Notes: generated from the sequence alone by a model not told the origin. A stretch of DNA of 64,000 bases from Candidatus Altimarinota bacterium (GCA_963664295.1 OY760935.1:512001-576000), one strand, 5' to 3'; positions 39,479 to 49,720 are shown, counted from the first letter of the stretch. A program made the numbers and translations.

Positions 39479-40924
39479 ATGGAAAACTTAACAATAAAAC
39501 AAGCTAAAGAATTATTACAAAGTGGTAAAATAACCGCTGTTGAATTAACTAAACATTATCTTGATCGCATTGAAAAAACTGAACCAAAAGTTGATGCTTT
39601 TTTGACTATTACAAAAGAAGAAGCCTTAAGAAAAGCTGAAGAAATAGACAAAAAAGGTGATTTTTCAGCTCCTTTGGCTGGCATTCCTATTGCCCTAAAA
39701 GATGTTATTTCCACTAAAAACATTCGCACAACTGCGGCTAGTAAAATATTAGAAAATTATATTCCACCTTTTTCTGCTGTTGTTTGGCAAAGACTGGAAG
39801 AGGCTGGAGCTATTCTGCTTGGCAAAGTAAATACTGATGAATTTACCATGGGGTCTTCTTGTGAAAATTCTGCTTTCAAACCTACAAAAAATCCTTGGGA
39901 CGAAAACAGAGTTCCTGGAGGTAGCTCAGGTGGCTCTGCGGCTTCTGTTGTTGCTGATGAGTGTGTATTTGCTATTGGAACTGACACTGGTGGTTCTATT
40001 CGCCAACCTGCTAATTTTTGTGGCTGTGTTGGACTAAAACCAACTTATGGACGCGTGCCTCGCTATGGTGTTATGTCTTATGCTTCTAGTTTTGATACTA
40101 TTGGCCCTCTTACAAAAACCGTAGAAGATACTGCTATTGTTATGGAGATTATCGCTGGTCATTCCGAAAAAGACGCCACTACTCCAAAAAAAGAAGTTCC
40201 AAAATATTCAGAAAATCTACAAAATAGCTTAAAAGGTAAAAAAATTGGCATACCAAAAGAATACTTTGAAGAAAAAGGCTTAGATGAAAAAATAAAAACT
40301 CAATTATTGGAAACAATTAACAAATTTGCAAAAGAACAAGGCGCAGAGATAAAAGAAATTTCACTCCCACTCACTGAATATGCTATCCCTACTTATTACA
40401 TTCTTGTTAAATCCGAAGCTTCGACCAATTTAGCTCGTTATGATGGCGTTCGTTTTGGCTACAAAACTGACGATGCTCATGATCTAAAAGAATTTTACGA
40501 AAAAACTCGCGAAGAAGGTTTTGGCCCAGAAGTAAAAAGAGCAATTATGATGGGTACTTTTACTCTTTCTGCTGGTTATTTTGATGCTTATTACAAAAAA
40601 GCAGCCCGCGTGCGCAACCTGATTAAGCAAAATTTTGATAAAGCTTTTGAAGAAGTTGATGTGCTTTTTGCTCCTGTTTCTCCTTTTCAGGCTTTTAAAA
40701 TTGGCGAAAAAAAAGACGATCCTCTTCAGATGTATCTAGCAGATATTTTTACTGTCACTGTTAATCTGGCTGGTATACCTGGACTAGCTGTACCAACTGG
40801 CCTAATTGACGGCTTACCTACTGGTTTGCAAATTTTAGGCAAACAATTTGCAGAAGAAACCGTACTTAATTTTGGTTGGCACTTGGAAAAAATGGTTAAC
40901 TTTCAAGAAAAACCTAACTTATAA
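39479..40924 (+). CDS. gatA: Asp/Glu-tRNA amidotransferase subunit A
   Basis: Amidase signature PGGSSGGS, GTDTGGSIRQPA and SFDTIGP, plus NLARYDG. Confidence 0.96.
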   Translation: MENLTIKQAKELLQSGKITAVELTKHYLDRIEKTEPKVDAFLTITKEEALRKAEEIDKKGDFSAPLAGIPIALKDVISTKNIRTTAASKILENYIPPFSAVVWQRLEEAGAILLGKVNTDEFTMGSSCENSAFKPTKNPWDENRVPGGSSGGSAASVVADECVFAIGTDTGGSIRQPANFCGCVGLKPTYGRVPRYGVMSYASSFDTIGPLTKTVEDTAIVMEIIAGHSEKDATTPKKEVPKYSENLQNSLKGKKIGIPKEYFEEKGLDEKIKTQLLETINKFAKEQGAEIKEISLPLTEYAIPTYYILVKSEASTNLARYDGVRFGYKTDDAHDLKEFYEKTREEGFGPEVKRAIMMGTFTLSAGYFDAYYKKAARVRNLIKQNFDKAFEEVDVLFAPVSPFQAFKIGEKKDDPLQMYLADIFTVTVNLAGIPGLAVPTGLIDGLPTGLQILGKQFAEETVLNFGWHLEKMVNFQEKPNL

Positions 40925-40926
40925 AA

Positions 40927-41355
40927 TTATTCTGATTCCCAAATACCATGTATATTGCAATGCTGATAAGCTTTTAGGTCTTTAGAATATTCAATATCTT
41001 CAAAAATAGCCTCTGGAGCTGAGTCTGGCAACAACTCTACTCTTTTTAAGCGTGGACCTTTTGGATCAATGCGTAAATCCACCCACTCAATATAATGCTC
41101 TGGTGTCATTGGGTGTGCCACTAAGCCTATTTTTACTTTTACTCCTTTTTGTGCTTTTTCAATTACTGGCACATGCTTTTCTTGCGCTTCTCCGCCAGTT
41201 TGTTCTTCACCTTTTTCATGAATTACTTCAAATGAACTCTTTGGCGCACCGCAAACAGGACAAACCCAGTCTTCAGGTAAATTATTAAAACCAACTCCAC
41301 CTTCCTGGGCAGGATTGTAAACAAAACCACAACCAAGGCAATAATATTTTTTCAT
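40927..41355 (-). CDS. Rubredoxin-superoxide reductase fusion
   Basis: [25 protein letters not shown], then EKHVP..HPM..EHYI..CNIHG. Confidence 0.9.
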   Translation of the reverse strand: MKKYYCLGCGFVYNPAQEGGVGFNNLPEDWVCPVCGAPKSSFEVIHEKGEEQTGGEAQEKHVPVIEKAQKGVKVKIGLVAHPMTPEHYIEWVDLRIDPKGPRLKRVELLPDSAPEAIFEDIEYSKDLKAYQHCNIHGIWESE

Positions 41356-41412
41356 AATTTACTTTTAAAAAACTATTAAAAATTTACATTCTCAATTTAA
41401 AAAAGCAAGAAA

Positions 41413-41895
41413 TTAAATAATTTTAATAAAATTAAAATCATTATTGCTCCACTTCAAAAACTTCTTAAAATCGTTAATACTCAATAAAACAGAGGCTTCA
41501 TTTGTGTTTGGGTGAATACAAATTTGTTCATAATCAATTATATCTTCATCAATTAAAACTTTTACCTGATTTTCTTGATCATTTATTAGTCCCAAAGGTG
41601 AAACACTGCCAGGTGTTAATCCTAAAAATTGTTTTAGTCTATCTGCGGACGCAAAACTTAATTTTGTTTCATTTAAAAATTCTTGAATTTCTTTTAAATT
41701 AGCTCTTTTTTCTTGCAAAATAACTATTAGATAATGCTGATTACCTTTTTTGTTGCGCAAAAAAAGATTTTTTACATGCGCACCAGGAATTTGCGAACAA
41801 TATTGATCTGCTTCTTCACAAGTGAACACCGCAGGATGACTATATTTTTTGTATTTTATCTCCAAGTTGCCCAAAATTTTATAAATATCAAACAT
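41413..41895 (-). CDS. YbaK/ProX-family aminoacyl-tRNA deacylase
   Basis: HPAVFT, KNLFLR, LSFAS, PGSVSPLG and HPN. Confidence 0.9.
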   Translation of the reverse strand: MFDIYKILGNLEIKYKKYSHPAVFTCEEADQYCSQIPGAHVKNLFLRNKKGNQHYLIVILQEKRANLKEIQEFLNETKLSFASADRLKQFLGLTPGSVSPLGLINDQENQVKVLIDEDIIDYEQICIHPNTNEASVLLSINDFKKFLKWSNNDFNFIKII

Positions 41896-41964
41896 TTATT
41901 TATGTAAATTTTTTTAAACTATAACACTTTACTTAATTTTAGTAGCCTAAATTATATATTTTAA

Positions 41965-42080
41965 TAAAAAGAAGCAAGCAATATAAGAAAATTTATTTTT
42001 GAGACGAAAAAAGCGCACATTATAGTGCGCGTTTGAGCGAAAAAATAAAATTGACGCAATAGTGCAAAGCTTATTTTTTT
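41965..42080. repeat. Long nested imperfect hairpin element
   Basis: Arms aaaagaagc/gcttatttt, gcaatat/atagtgc, aatttattttt/aaaaataaaatt and gcgcac/gtgcgc. Confidence 0.55.
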
Positions 42081-42085
42081 TAAAA

Positions 42086-44065
42086 TTAGATATCAAGATT
42101 TTTCACATTCTTAGCATGAGTCTGAATGAATTTTTTACGAGGCGGAACCTCAGGCCCCATCAAAGTTTCAAAAGTTTGATCAGCTCTTTCTGCATCTTCA
42201 ATAGCCACTTTCATTAATGTTCTTGTCTCTGGGTTCATTGTGGTTTCCCATAATTGATCTGGGTTCATTTCACCAAGACCTTTGTAGCGCTGAAGAGAGT
42301 ATTTTTTCTTTTTTGATTTATTTGCAACTTCTTCGTCTCCTTCTTCTGTTTCTGCAATATCTTCAACTTCATCTTCATCAACTCCAAATTCAGTCAAAAT
42401 TCTTTCTTTTTCTTCATTATTAAAAGCATATTTACTTTTTGCACCAACAGTAATTTTATACAAAGGAGGACAGGCAATGTACACATTACCTTTTTCAATC
42501 AAATCTTTAAAATAACGATAAAACAAAGTCAAAAGCAAAGTGCGAATATGCGCACCATCAACATCCGCATCAGTCATGATAATAATCTTGCCATAGCGTA
42601 ATTTTTCATAATCAAAAGTTTCCCCAATGCTAGTACCAAAGGCAACCACCATTGATTTTATTTCTGCATTTTTAAACATTTTATCAATACGCGCTTGCTC
42701 TGTATTTAAAATTTTACCTCTTAATGGAAGAATGGCCTGAATATGCCTATCTCTTCCTTGCTTTGCGCTACCACCAGCAGAATCGCCCTCAACAATAAAA
42801 ATTTCTGATTCATCTGGATTTTTACTAGAACAATCTGCTAATTTGCCAGGAAGAGTCAAACCTTCGAGTGCGCCTTTGCGGATAATAGTATCTCTGGCTG
42901 CACGAGCAGCAACTCTAGCTCTAGCCGCAAGAGCACACTTTCCAAAAATATTACGAGCTTCAGAAGGAAATTCTTCCAAGAAAATATTAAATCCTTCAGC
43001 AAAAGCACTTTCCACAGCTTGTCTAATTTCTGCATTGCCCAACTTTCCTTTTGTCTGACCTTCAAACTGAGGTTCAGCAAGACGAACAGAGATAACAGCA
43101 ACTAGTCCTTCACGCACATCCTCAGCAGTTAAATTATCGTCTTTTTCTTTTAATAAAGTTTTTTCACGAGCATAGGCATTGATAGTACGAGTTAAAGCAG
43201 AACGAAAACCAGTTAAATGAGTTCCTCCTTCGGGAGTGTGAATATTATTTGCAAAAGAAACAATATTTTCAGAAAAACTTTCTGTATATTGCAAAGCAAT
43301 TTCTATATCACACTCAGGCAAGCTTTTTTCAACAAGAAAAACTTCAGAAAGAGAATTTTTATTTTCAGATAAATGTTGAACATAGCTCTTTACGCCACCT
43401 TCAAAATAAAATCTATACTTTTTTGGATTTTCTTCGCGTTCATCAGTAAGAGAAATTTGAACACCTTTTGTTAAGTAAGATTGTTGGCGAAAACGAGTAA
43501 GTACAGTGTCAAACTCAATCACAGCATCACCAAAAACCTCTTTATCTGGATAAAAAGTAATTTCTGTGCCTGTTTTTGAAATATCACCAACAGGAGCAAT
43601 GTCGCCTAATACTTTTCCTCTGGAATAAGATTGTTGCCAAATTTTGCCATCACGATAAACTTTTGCTTCTGTTTTTTCAGAAAGAGCATTAACCACACTA
43701 GCACCAACACCATGCAAACCACCAGAAACCTTATATCCCCCACCATCACCAAATTTACCACCAGCATGAAGAATAGTCATAACAGTTTCCAAAGCGCTTT
43801 TGCCAGTTTTTGTGTGCACATCAACAGGAATACCACGACCATTATCAAGCACTCTCACTCCCCCGTCAGCCTGCAAAACAACGTCAATTTCTGTACAATG
43901 GCCAGCCATTGCCTCATCTATTGCATTATCAACAATCTCCCATAGGAGATGATGAAGACCTCTTTCGTCCGTTGAGCCAATATACATTCCCGGGCGTTTA
44001 CGAACAGCTTCCAAGCCTTCTAAAACTTGTATATTATCCGCTGAATAATTCTGATTATCTGCCAT
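42086..44065 (-). CDS. gyrB: DNA gyrase subunit B
   Basis: [44 protein letters not shown] and RYKGLGEM. Confidence 0.97.
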   Translation of the reverse strand: MADNQNYSADNIQVLEGLEAVRKRPGMYIGSTDERGLHHLLWEIVDNAIDEAMAGHCTEIDVVLQADGGVRVLDNGRGIPVDVHTKTGKSALETVMTILHAGGKFGDGGGYKVSGGLHGVGASVVNALSEKTEAKVYRDGKIWQQSYSRGKVLGDIAPVGDISKTGTEITFYPDKEVFGDAVIEFDTVLTRFRQQSYLTKGVQISLTDEREENPKKYRFYFEGGVKSYVQHLSENKNSLSEVFLVEKSLPECDIEIALQYTESFSENIVSFANNIHTPEGGTHLTGFRSALTRTINAYAREKTLLKEKDDNLTAEDVREGLVAVISVRLAEPQFEGQTKGKLGNAEIRQAVESAFAEGFNIFLEEFPSEARNIFGKCALAARARVAARAARDTIIRKGALEGLTLPGKLADCSSKNPDESEIFIVEGDSAGGSAKQGRDRHIQAILPLRGKILNTEQARIDKMFKNAEIKSMVVAFGTSIGETFDYEKLRYGKIIIMTDADVDGAHIRTLLLTLFYRYFKDLIEKGNVYIACPPLYKITVGAKSKYAFNNEEKERILTEFGVDEDEVEDIAETEEGDEEVANKSKKKKYSLQRYKGLGEMNPDQLWETTMNPETRTLMKVAIEDAERADQTFETLMGPEVPPRKKFIQTHAKNVKNLDI

Positions 44066-44136
44066 TTTTTTGCATAATTAAATTTCCTGATTATTGTACA
44101 GGATTGAGCGCAAAAAACAAGGAAGAAAAAGGTATT

Positions 44137-44466
44137 TTAAGTAAATTTTTTAAACATTTTTAAAATCTCTTTTTCCAAATCCACAAAATACACCTCTAAA
44201 ACTTTTTCCGAACCAAAAATAACCGCATCAACAGGCGGACAATCTGCAATATTAAGCCTAATTGCCTCCGCCAATCTACGCTTAATTCTATTTCTTATTA
44301 CTGCTTTTTTGGAAATTTTCTTAGAAACAACAATAGAAAAACGTGACCCACCTTCTTCTTTTTTAAAAAATTTACACAAAAAACAAGGTGAAAAATATTT
44401 TTCACCTTTACTAAAAAGGGCGCGAATAACTGGCTTATCCCTTAATCTATTTTCGCGCTTAAGCAT
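44137..44466 (-). CDS. rnpA: RNase P protein component
   Basis: VSKK.SKKAVIRNRIKRRL, downstream of rpmH. Confidence 0.92.
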   Translation of the reverse strand: MLKRENRLRDKPVIRALFSKGEKYFSPCFLCKFFKKEEGGSRFSIVVSKKISKKAVIRNRIKRRLAEAIRLNIADCPPVDAVIFGSEKVLEVYFVDLEKEILKMFKKFT

Positions 44467-44479
44467 GTTGATTATTTAT

Positions 44480-44608
44480 TTAAACACTAAGAACTTTTCT
44501 ACCTTTTGCTCTTCTTCTTTTAATAACTCTTCTGCCACCAGGTGTGCGCATGCGGGCAATAAAGCCATGTCTTCTTTTTCTGCGTCTGTTGTTTCTCTTT
44601 GAAAGCAT
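44480..44608 (-). CDS. rpmH: 50S ribosomal protein L34 (not in the ORF track)
   Basis: [42 protein letters not shown]. Confidence 0.95.
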   Translation of the reverse strand: MLSKRNNRRRKRRHGFIARMRTPGGRRVIKRRRAKGRKVLSV

Positions 44609-44732
44609 ATTTCTCTTTAAAATAAGTGCCAAAGTATTTTCTATGAAAAGAGCTTTTCTGTCAAATCTTTTTCATTTATTTGATTTTTTTGTTATTTTGA
44701 CTTAAATTACCCTTAAAGTAACAAGAAAATAA

Positions 44733-45302
44733 ATGGAAATAAATTTAAGCTGGGATTTGTTCGTTGTCGTATTTTTCACCATTATAGTCGCCTATAGCTA
44801 TGTTATAGGAAAATATCAAACTCTAAAGATCATTCTTAGTTCTTATATGGCAATATTAGCTGCAGATGGAGTTGGCAACTTGGTACAAAGATATATGATT
44901 GGTGAAGACCCTATTTTAAACATATTTGTAGGTCAAAACAGCATAAAAGCACTTATTTTCTTAAAAATATTTATTTTTGTAATTTTGACCATCATCTTAG
45001 CAACAAGAGGAAAATTTGGAATTGTTGTTTCAAAAGAAAAAAATCAATTTATTGGTTTTATAACCACTGTTTTATATGGTGTGCTTTCCGCAGGACTAAT
45101 TGTTTCCACTATTTTAGTTTATATTTCCGGCTCATCGCTGGTGGAAAATAATTCACTTTTTGCAGAAAATCCACTTTTGCCCATTGCACAACAATCTGAA
45201 ATTGTTGGACTAATGATTGGACATTATAGTGCTTGGTTTTCTTTGCCTGCAATTGTGTTTATTATCTCTAGCATTTTTGGTGATGACACCGAAAGCGCAT
45301 AA
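44733..45302 (+). CDS. Membrane protein, possibly CvpA-like
   Basis: About 5 TM segments, starting WDLF. Confidence 0.6.
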   Translation: MEINLSWDLFVVVFFTIIVAYSYVIGKYQTLKIILSSYMAILAADGVGNLVQRYMIGEDPILNIFVGQNSIKALIFLKIFIFVILTIILATRGKFGIVVSKEKNQFIGFITTVLYGVLSAGLIVSTILVYISGSSLVENNSLFAENPLLPIAQQSEIVGLMIGHYSAWFSLPAIVFIISSIFGDDTESA

Positions 45303-45368
45303 AAAACAAAAAGTTTTTATTGACTTAAGCGCTATTTTATATAAAATAGCTGAGTGCTTTGACAATTT

Positions 45369-45443
45369 GGGTGAGTAGCTCAGTGGTAGAGCAGTAGCCT
45401 TTTAAGCTATTGGCCGTGGGTTCGATCCCCACCTCACCCACCA
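45369..45443 (+). tRNA. tRNA-Lys(TTT)
   Basis: GGGTGAG/CTCACCC acceptor stem, loop CTTTTAA, GTTCGAT and CCA. Confidence 0.95.
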
Positions 45444-45577
45444 TTAAAAAAACAGTCCTGCAAAGCAGGAGTGGTCTTTTAATTATGAGTTGGGAGCGAG
45501 CACACAGCCATCTAATTAGCCCGTGGGTGCGGTCTGCAGTGGAGGGCTTTTGCGAAGCAAAACCCGAAACAAAAGAC

Positions 45578-45601
45578 TCGATCCCCACCTCACCCACCAT
45601 T
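45578..45601 (+). repeat. Duplicated 3' end of tRNA-Lys
   Basis: tcgatccccacctcacccaccatt, identical to 45422-45445. Confidence 0.9.
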
Positions 45602-45690
45602 TGAAATGTTCTCATGCGAAACATGAGGTTTTAATATTGACAAAAATAAGAAAATAATTAATACTATCTACCTTTTTCGCCTTATCTTAA

Positions 45691-46209
45691 ATGAGCAATA
45701 AACCGAATAAATTAGATATAAATCAATATAGAGACGCTATTATTGCTTCAAAAATAACAGATGTGGGAGAAATCTTCCGGCTAATCACAGCAATAGAAAG
45801 CGACAAAGAGCCAATATTAGATAATCCTGACACATTTCCCCTTATTGTGTTTTTACGATCACAAATAGCAACAGTGGACAGCAGTTTATTGCTCAATGCT
45901 TTAATTGAAATTTTACCAGAAGCAAAAGGACTTATTGAAAAAGAAAAAGTAATAGACAATCTTGTGTCTCTAAATAAAATAAGTATAGAGGGTGATTTTC
46001 AATTAAATGAAAAACAAATAAGACAAATTATGAACATAGCTGTCGACAGACTAGCTCTAGTAGAAACAAATCAACTAGATAATATAACTTACGCAACTAT
46101 TATAATTAAAAATGATAGAATAAAAGTTGCAATATATTATCCAAATTGTTCTGCGTTTGAAGCAGAAGCTAAAACATTTGGAATTAATCCTGAAAACTTA
46201 AAACAATAA
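45691..46209 (+). CDS. Hypothetical protein
   Basis: 172-aa ORF with an upstream TTGACA-containing promoter-like sequence. Confidence 0.65.
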   Translation: MSNKPNKLDINQYRDAIIASKITDVGEIFRLITAIESDKEPILDNPDTFPLIVFLRSQIATVDSSLLLNALIEILPEAKGLIEKEKVIDNLVSLNKISIEGDFQLNEKQIRQIMNIAVDRLALVETNQLDNITYATIIIKNDRIKVAIYYPNCSAFEAEAKTFGINPENLKQ

Positions 46210-46226
46210 ATAAATAAATAAATTAT

Positions 46227-47036
46227 TTATTTCTTCTCAAGGTAAACTGCAACTGGATGACCTGTTAATCTTTCTTGTGGTATATTTCCTGCTTCAATTT
46301 GAACATTTTGCCCATTCCACTCTTCTGTAAAATTAGGATTATCAGTATTACCAACATGATAAACAAGTGGCGTAAAATCACCAGTCTCTTTGTTGATATT
46401 AGCAAGAGCTTGTGTTGCTGAAAAACCACTAACACCAGGTGGTTCAAAACTAATACCGTCAATCATTATTACCTTTGGCTTCACTATTTTATGTAAAAAT
46501 TCAGCACCTTCTGGCAAAAATCCAGGCCTATTTTTTTGTGATTTTGGCAACTGATCATAATCAGGATTACCTTTATCATCCGTGATTTCCAAAACATCTT
46601 TCATAAGTTTTGTGCGACAAAGCACAATGCAGTCCTCAATAGACCGTTCTGAATCTGTTTCAATTCCAATTTTTTTTAATAATGTCTCCATCTCTTTTCT
46701 TCCGTATTGAACACCTTGCTCTAAATCTAAAACAAGTAACTCTCCTTGCAATTTTGATCTAGGAACTGTATCCATATTTAAATCACCACACGTTTTATCA
46801 AATGCAGATGGTGTTAACATAGCTGTTCCATTAAAAGCAAAGCTACTAATCAAAGCGCTACGTTCATATGTTTCCTCTCCTGTATTAGGATTTACAAAAC
46901 AAATTTTTGGCAATCTTAACACTCTATCATTTCCGTCAAAAAACCGTGGCGACACTTTTGTTGGCACAGAATCCATAGAAAACACATTTGGTGGAATAGT
47001 AAGATTTTTTTCAGATAAACTTTTGACTGAATTCAT
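46227..47036 (-). CDS. Degenerate cyclase/kynurenine formamidase-fold protein
   Basis: FNGTAMLTPSAF aligns to HxGTHxDxPxHF. Also VLCRT, PGFLPEGAEFL and MIDGISFE. Confidence 0.6.
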   Translation of the reverse strand: MNSVKSLSEKNLTIPPNVFSMDSVPTKVSPRFFDGNDRVLRLPKICFVNPNTGEETYERSALISSFAFNGTAMLTPSAFDKTCGDLNMDTVPRSKLQGELLVLDLEQGVQYGRKEMETLLKKIGIETDSERSIEDCIVLCRTKLMKDVLEITDDKGNPDYDQLPKSQKNRPGFLPEGAEFLHKIVKPKVIMIDGISFEPPGVSGFSATQALANINKETGDFTPLVYHVGNTDNPNFTEEWNGQNVQIEAGNIPQERLTGHPVAVYLEKK

Positions 47037-47161
47037 AGTTTATTATTAAAAGGATATTTATTTTACAAAAAATAATCACTTTGTCAAATATTTTCCTAAG
47101 ATATTAAATCTTGACTATCTAACTTAAAATAACCTAAAATCTTTCTGTTTGACTTGTGTGT

Positions 47162-47236
47162 GGCCCGTTCGTCTAGTGGTTAGGACGCCGCCCTCTCACG
47201 GCAGAAACAGGGGTTCGATTCCCCTACGGGCTACCA
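47162..47236 (+). tRNA. tRNA-Glu(CTC)
   Basis: GGCCCGT/ACGGGCT acceptor stem, loop CTCTCAC, GTTCGAT and CCA. The anticodon stem has one C-A mismatch. Confidence 0.9.
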
Positions 47237-47476
47237 TTGCTTTTAAAGGCGTCCGTGATAATTAGTCGCTGCCCTTGAACCCAGAAACAGGGGTTCGATT
47301 CCCCTACGGGCTACCATTGCTTTTAAAGGCGTCCGTGATAATTAGTCGCTGCCCTTGAACCCAGAAACAGGGGTTCGATTCCCCTACGGGCTACCATTGC
47401 TTTTAAAGGCGTCCGTGATAATTAGTCGCTGCCCTTGAACCCAGAAACAGGGGTTCGATTCCCCTACGGGCTACCA
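47202..47476 (+). repeat. Perfect 80-bp tandem array of the tRNA-Glu 3' 35 nt plus a 45-nt spacer
   Basis: cagaaacaggggttcgattcccctacgggctacca at 47202, 47282, 47362 and 47442, with identical spacers. Confidence 0.95.
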
Positions 47477-47498
47477 AGAAATGGCGAGAATTACGACC

Positions 47499-49634
47499 TT
47501 ACTCCCCCACTTTCCTCAAAGGTGCAACTGAGGCGGCTAGTCTTTTTGTGCCACCTTTATTAAAACTAACTGTAAGAATATCGCCTTCCACCCTATCTAT
47601 TCTGCCATCACCAAAAACAGGATGAGAAACAGAGTCACCTTCAAAAAACTCAGCGATATAATCTGGAAAATCATCATAAATTGGAGTCATGCTAATGCCA
47701 TCTGCATCGCCTTCTGTTGCAATAGGCTCATTCAAAAAATCCGGTTTTATTTCTGATAAAAATCTTGATGGCTGGTTATATGTTATGTCTCCAAAGAGCA
47801 TTCTGCTTTTTGCATGAGTCAGATAGAGCTTTTCCATTGCCCTAGTCATACCCACATACATCAATCTACGCTCTTCTTCAATTTGATCTGGTGCAAACAT
47901 GCAATTTGCATGAGGAAAAATATTTTCCTCCATACCACCAACAAAAACTACTGGGAACTCCAGCCCTTTTGCATTGTGCAAAGTCATAAGAACTAATCTG
48001 TCTTTTTTTTCGTCTAATCGATCCATATCGGATATTAACGCCACTTCTTCTAAAAATAAATCTAGAGAATTTTCCACTCCGTCAAATTTGCGTGCTACTG
48101 AAACTAGCTCGCGAATGTTTTCCCACCTTACTTCACCTTCCTCTGTGCCGTCTCGAAAATAATTTTCTATACCAAATTTTTCAATTACTTCTAAAATCAT
48201 ATCTGCGACTGACATGGTGTTTTTTTCTTTTTGTAGAGCTAATATTTTTTTATTAAAACTTGTTAGTGCTTCTTTTGCCCTTGGTGCTATGCCCTCTGCA
48301 AATTCCACATGATTTAACACGCTAAATAAATCCATGCCTTTTTCTTGAGCAAAACTTTCTAAACGCTGGATTGTCACTTTGCCTATTTTGCGTGCTGGCA
48401 CATTGATTATTCTTAAAAGTGAAACTGTGTCACTACTATTGGCAACAACTCTTAAGTATGCGAGTACATCTTTGATTTCTCTGCGGGCATAAAATTTCAC
48501 TCCACCTACTATTTGATAAGGAATTCCATATTTTAATGCTGCTTCTTCAAAAATACGAGATTGTGCATTGGTGCGATATAAAATTGCAAAATCTGTATAT
48601 GGCCTGTTGTCCAGCACTCTAAGATCGGAAATTTCACGCATTATTGCTTCTGCTTCTTCTCTGCCATCTTGATATTCAAAAACATTGATTTTTTCTCCCT
48701 CACCATTAGCTGTGAACATTTTTTTTGGCACACGAGAAGAGTTGTTTTCAATTACGCTATCTGCTCCGCCAAGTATGTTTCCTGTTGAGCGATAATTTTG
48801 CTCCAATTTTACTATTTTTGCTTCTGGAAAATTCTTGGAAAAATCGAGAATATTTTGAATAGTTGCTCCACGAAAGGAATAAATTGCCTGATCTGAATCA
48901 CCAATTGCGCAAAGATTTTGATGATTTTCTGCTAATAAGTCTGAAAAAAGTGACTGAACTGGATTTGTATCCTGAAACTCGTCAATCATTATGTACTTCC
49001 AGCGTTCTTGAAACTTTGCCAATATTTCTGGATAATTTTGAAAAATCTTTACCGGTAAAACCAAAAGATCATCAAAATCAAGCCCGTTCATGCGCACAAG
49101 CTCTTTTTCATATATATTAAAAACTTCACTTACCTTGCGATCAAACTCACTAGCTATATTAAGAGAAAACTCATCAGCAGTCATTAAGGTATTTTTTGCT
49201 CCGGAAATGCGATTTTGGATTGCTTTTGGATGAATTTCGTCTTTTGGCAAGCCAATATCTTTGCATATTTGCCTAACCAAAGCCTTTACATCATCTGAAT
49301 CCATGATTGTAAATGATTTTTTGCGATTTAGTGCCTCAATTTCTTGTCTTAATATGCGCACGCCAATGGAATGAAATGTGCCAATTAAAGGACGAGCATA
49401 CATTTTTCCTTGCAATAAGCCATCAACACGAGTTTGCATTTCTTCTGCTGCTTTGTTGGTAAAAGTCACTGCCAAAATATTAGCTGGATGCACTCCTTGG
49501 TTTATTAAGTTTGCTACCCTGCGAGTGAGTACTAATGTTTTTCCACTACCTGCTCCTGCAATAACCAAAAGAGGGCCTTCTTTGTGGCTTACTGCTTGCT
49601 TTTGTCGTTCGTTTAAATTCTCAAAAATATCCAT
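47499..49634 (-). CDS. pcrA: PcrA/UvrD helicase
   Basis: AGAGSGKT, TFTNKAA, DEFQDTN, QNYRS, TLHNAKGLEF and EEERRLMYVGMTRA. Confidence 0.93.
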   Translation of the reverse strand: MDIFENLNERQKQAVSHKEGPLLVIAGAGSGKTLVLTRRVANLINQGVHPANILAVTFTNKAAEEMQTRVDGLLQGKMYARPLIGTFHSIGVRILRQEIEALNRKKSFTIMDSDDVKALVRQICKDIGLPKDEIHPKAIQNRISGAKNTLMTADEFSLNIASEFDRKVSEVFNIYEKELVRMNGLDFDDLLVLPVKIFQNYPEILAKFQERWKYIMIDEFQDTNPVQSLFSDLLAENHQNLCAIGDSDQAIYSFRGATIQNILDFSKNFPEAKIVKLEQNYRSTGNILGGADSVIENNSSRVPKKMFTANGEGEKINVFEYQDGREEAEAIMREISDLRVLDNRPYTDFAILYRTNAQSRIFEEAALKYGIPYQIVGGVKFYARREIKDVLAYLRVVANSSDTVSLLRIINVPARKIGKVTIQRLESFAQEKGMDLFSVLNHVEFAEGIAPRAKEALTSFNKKILALQKEKNTMSVADMILEVIEKFGIENYFRDGTEEGEVRWENIRELVSVARKFDGVENSLDLFLEEVALISDMDRLDEKKDRLVLMTLHNAKGLEFPVVFVGGMEENIFPHANCMFAPDQIEEERRLMYVGMTRAMEKLYLTHAKSRMLFGDITYNQPSRFLSEIKPDFLNEPIATEGDADGISMTPIYDDFPDYIAEFFEGDSVSHPVFGDGRIDRVEGDILTVSFNKGGTKRLAASVAPLRKVGE

Positions 49635-49720
49635 ATTTTTATTATTTTATGTAATTAACTGAGTATTTATTTTGCTGTAAAAATTAAAAAATTAAAAGGC
49701 AAATAAAATAAAAATTACCC

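Noticed and set aside
47202-47476. CRISPR array
   Set aside because: The spacers are identical, the repeat is the tRNA-Glu 3' end, and there are no cas genes.
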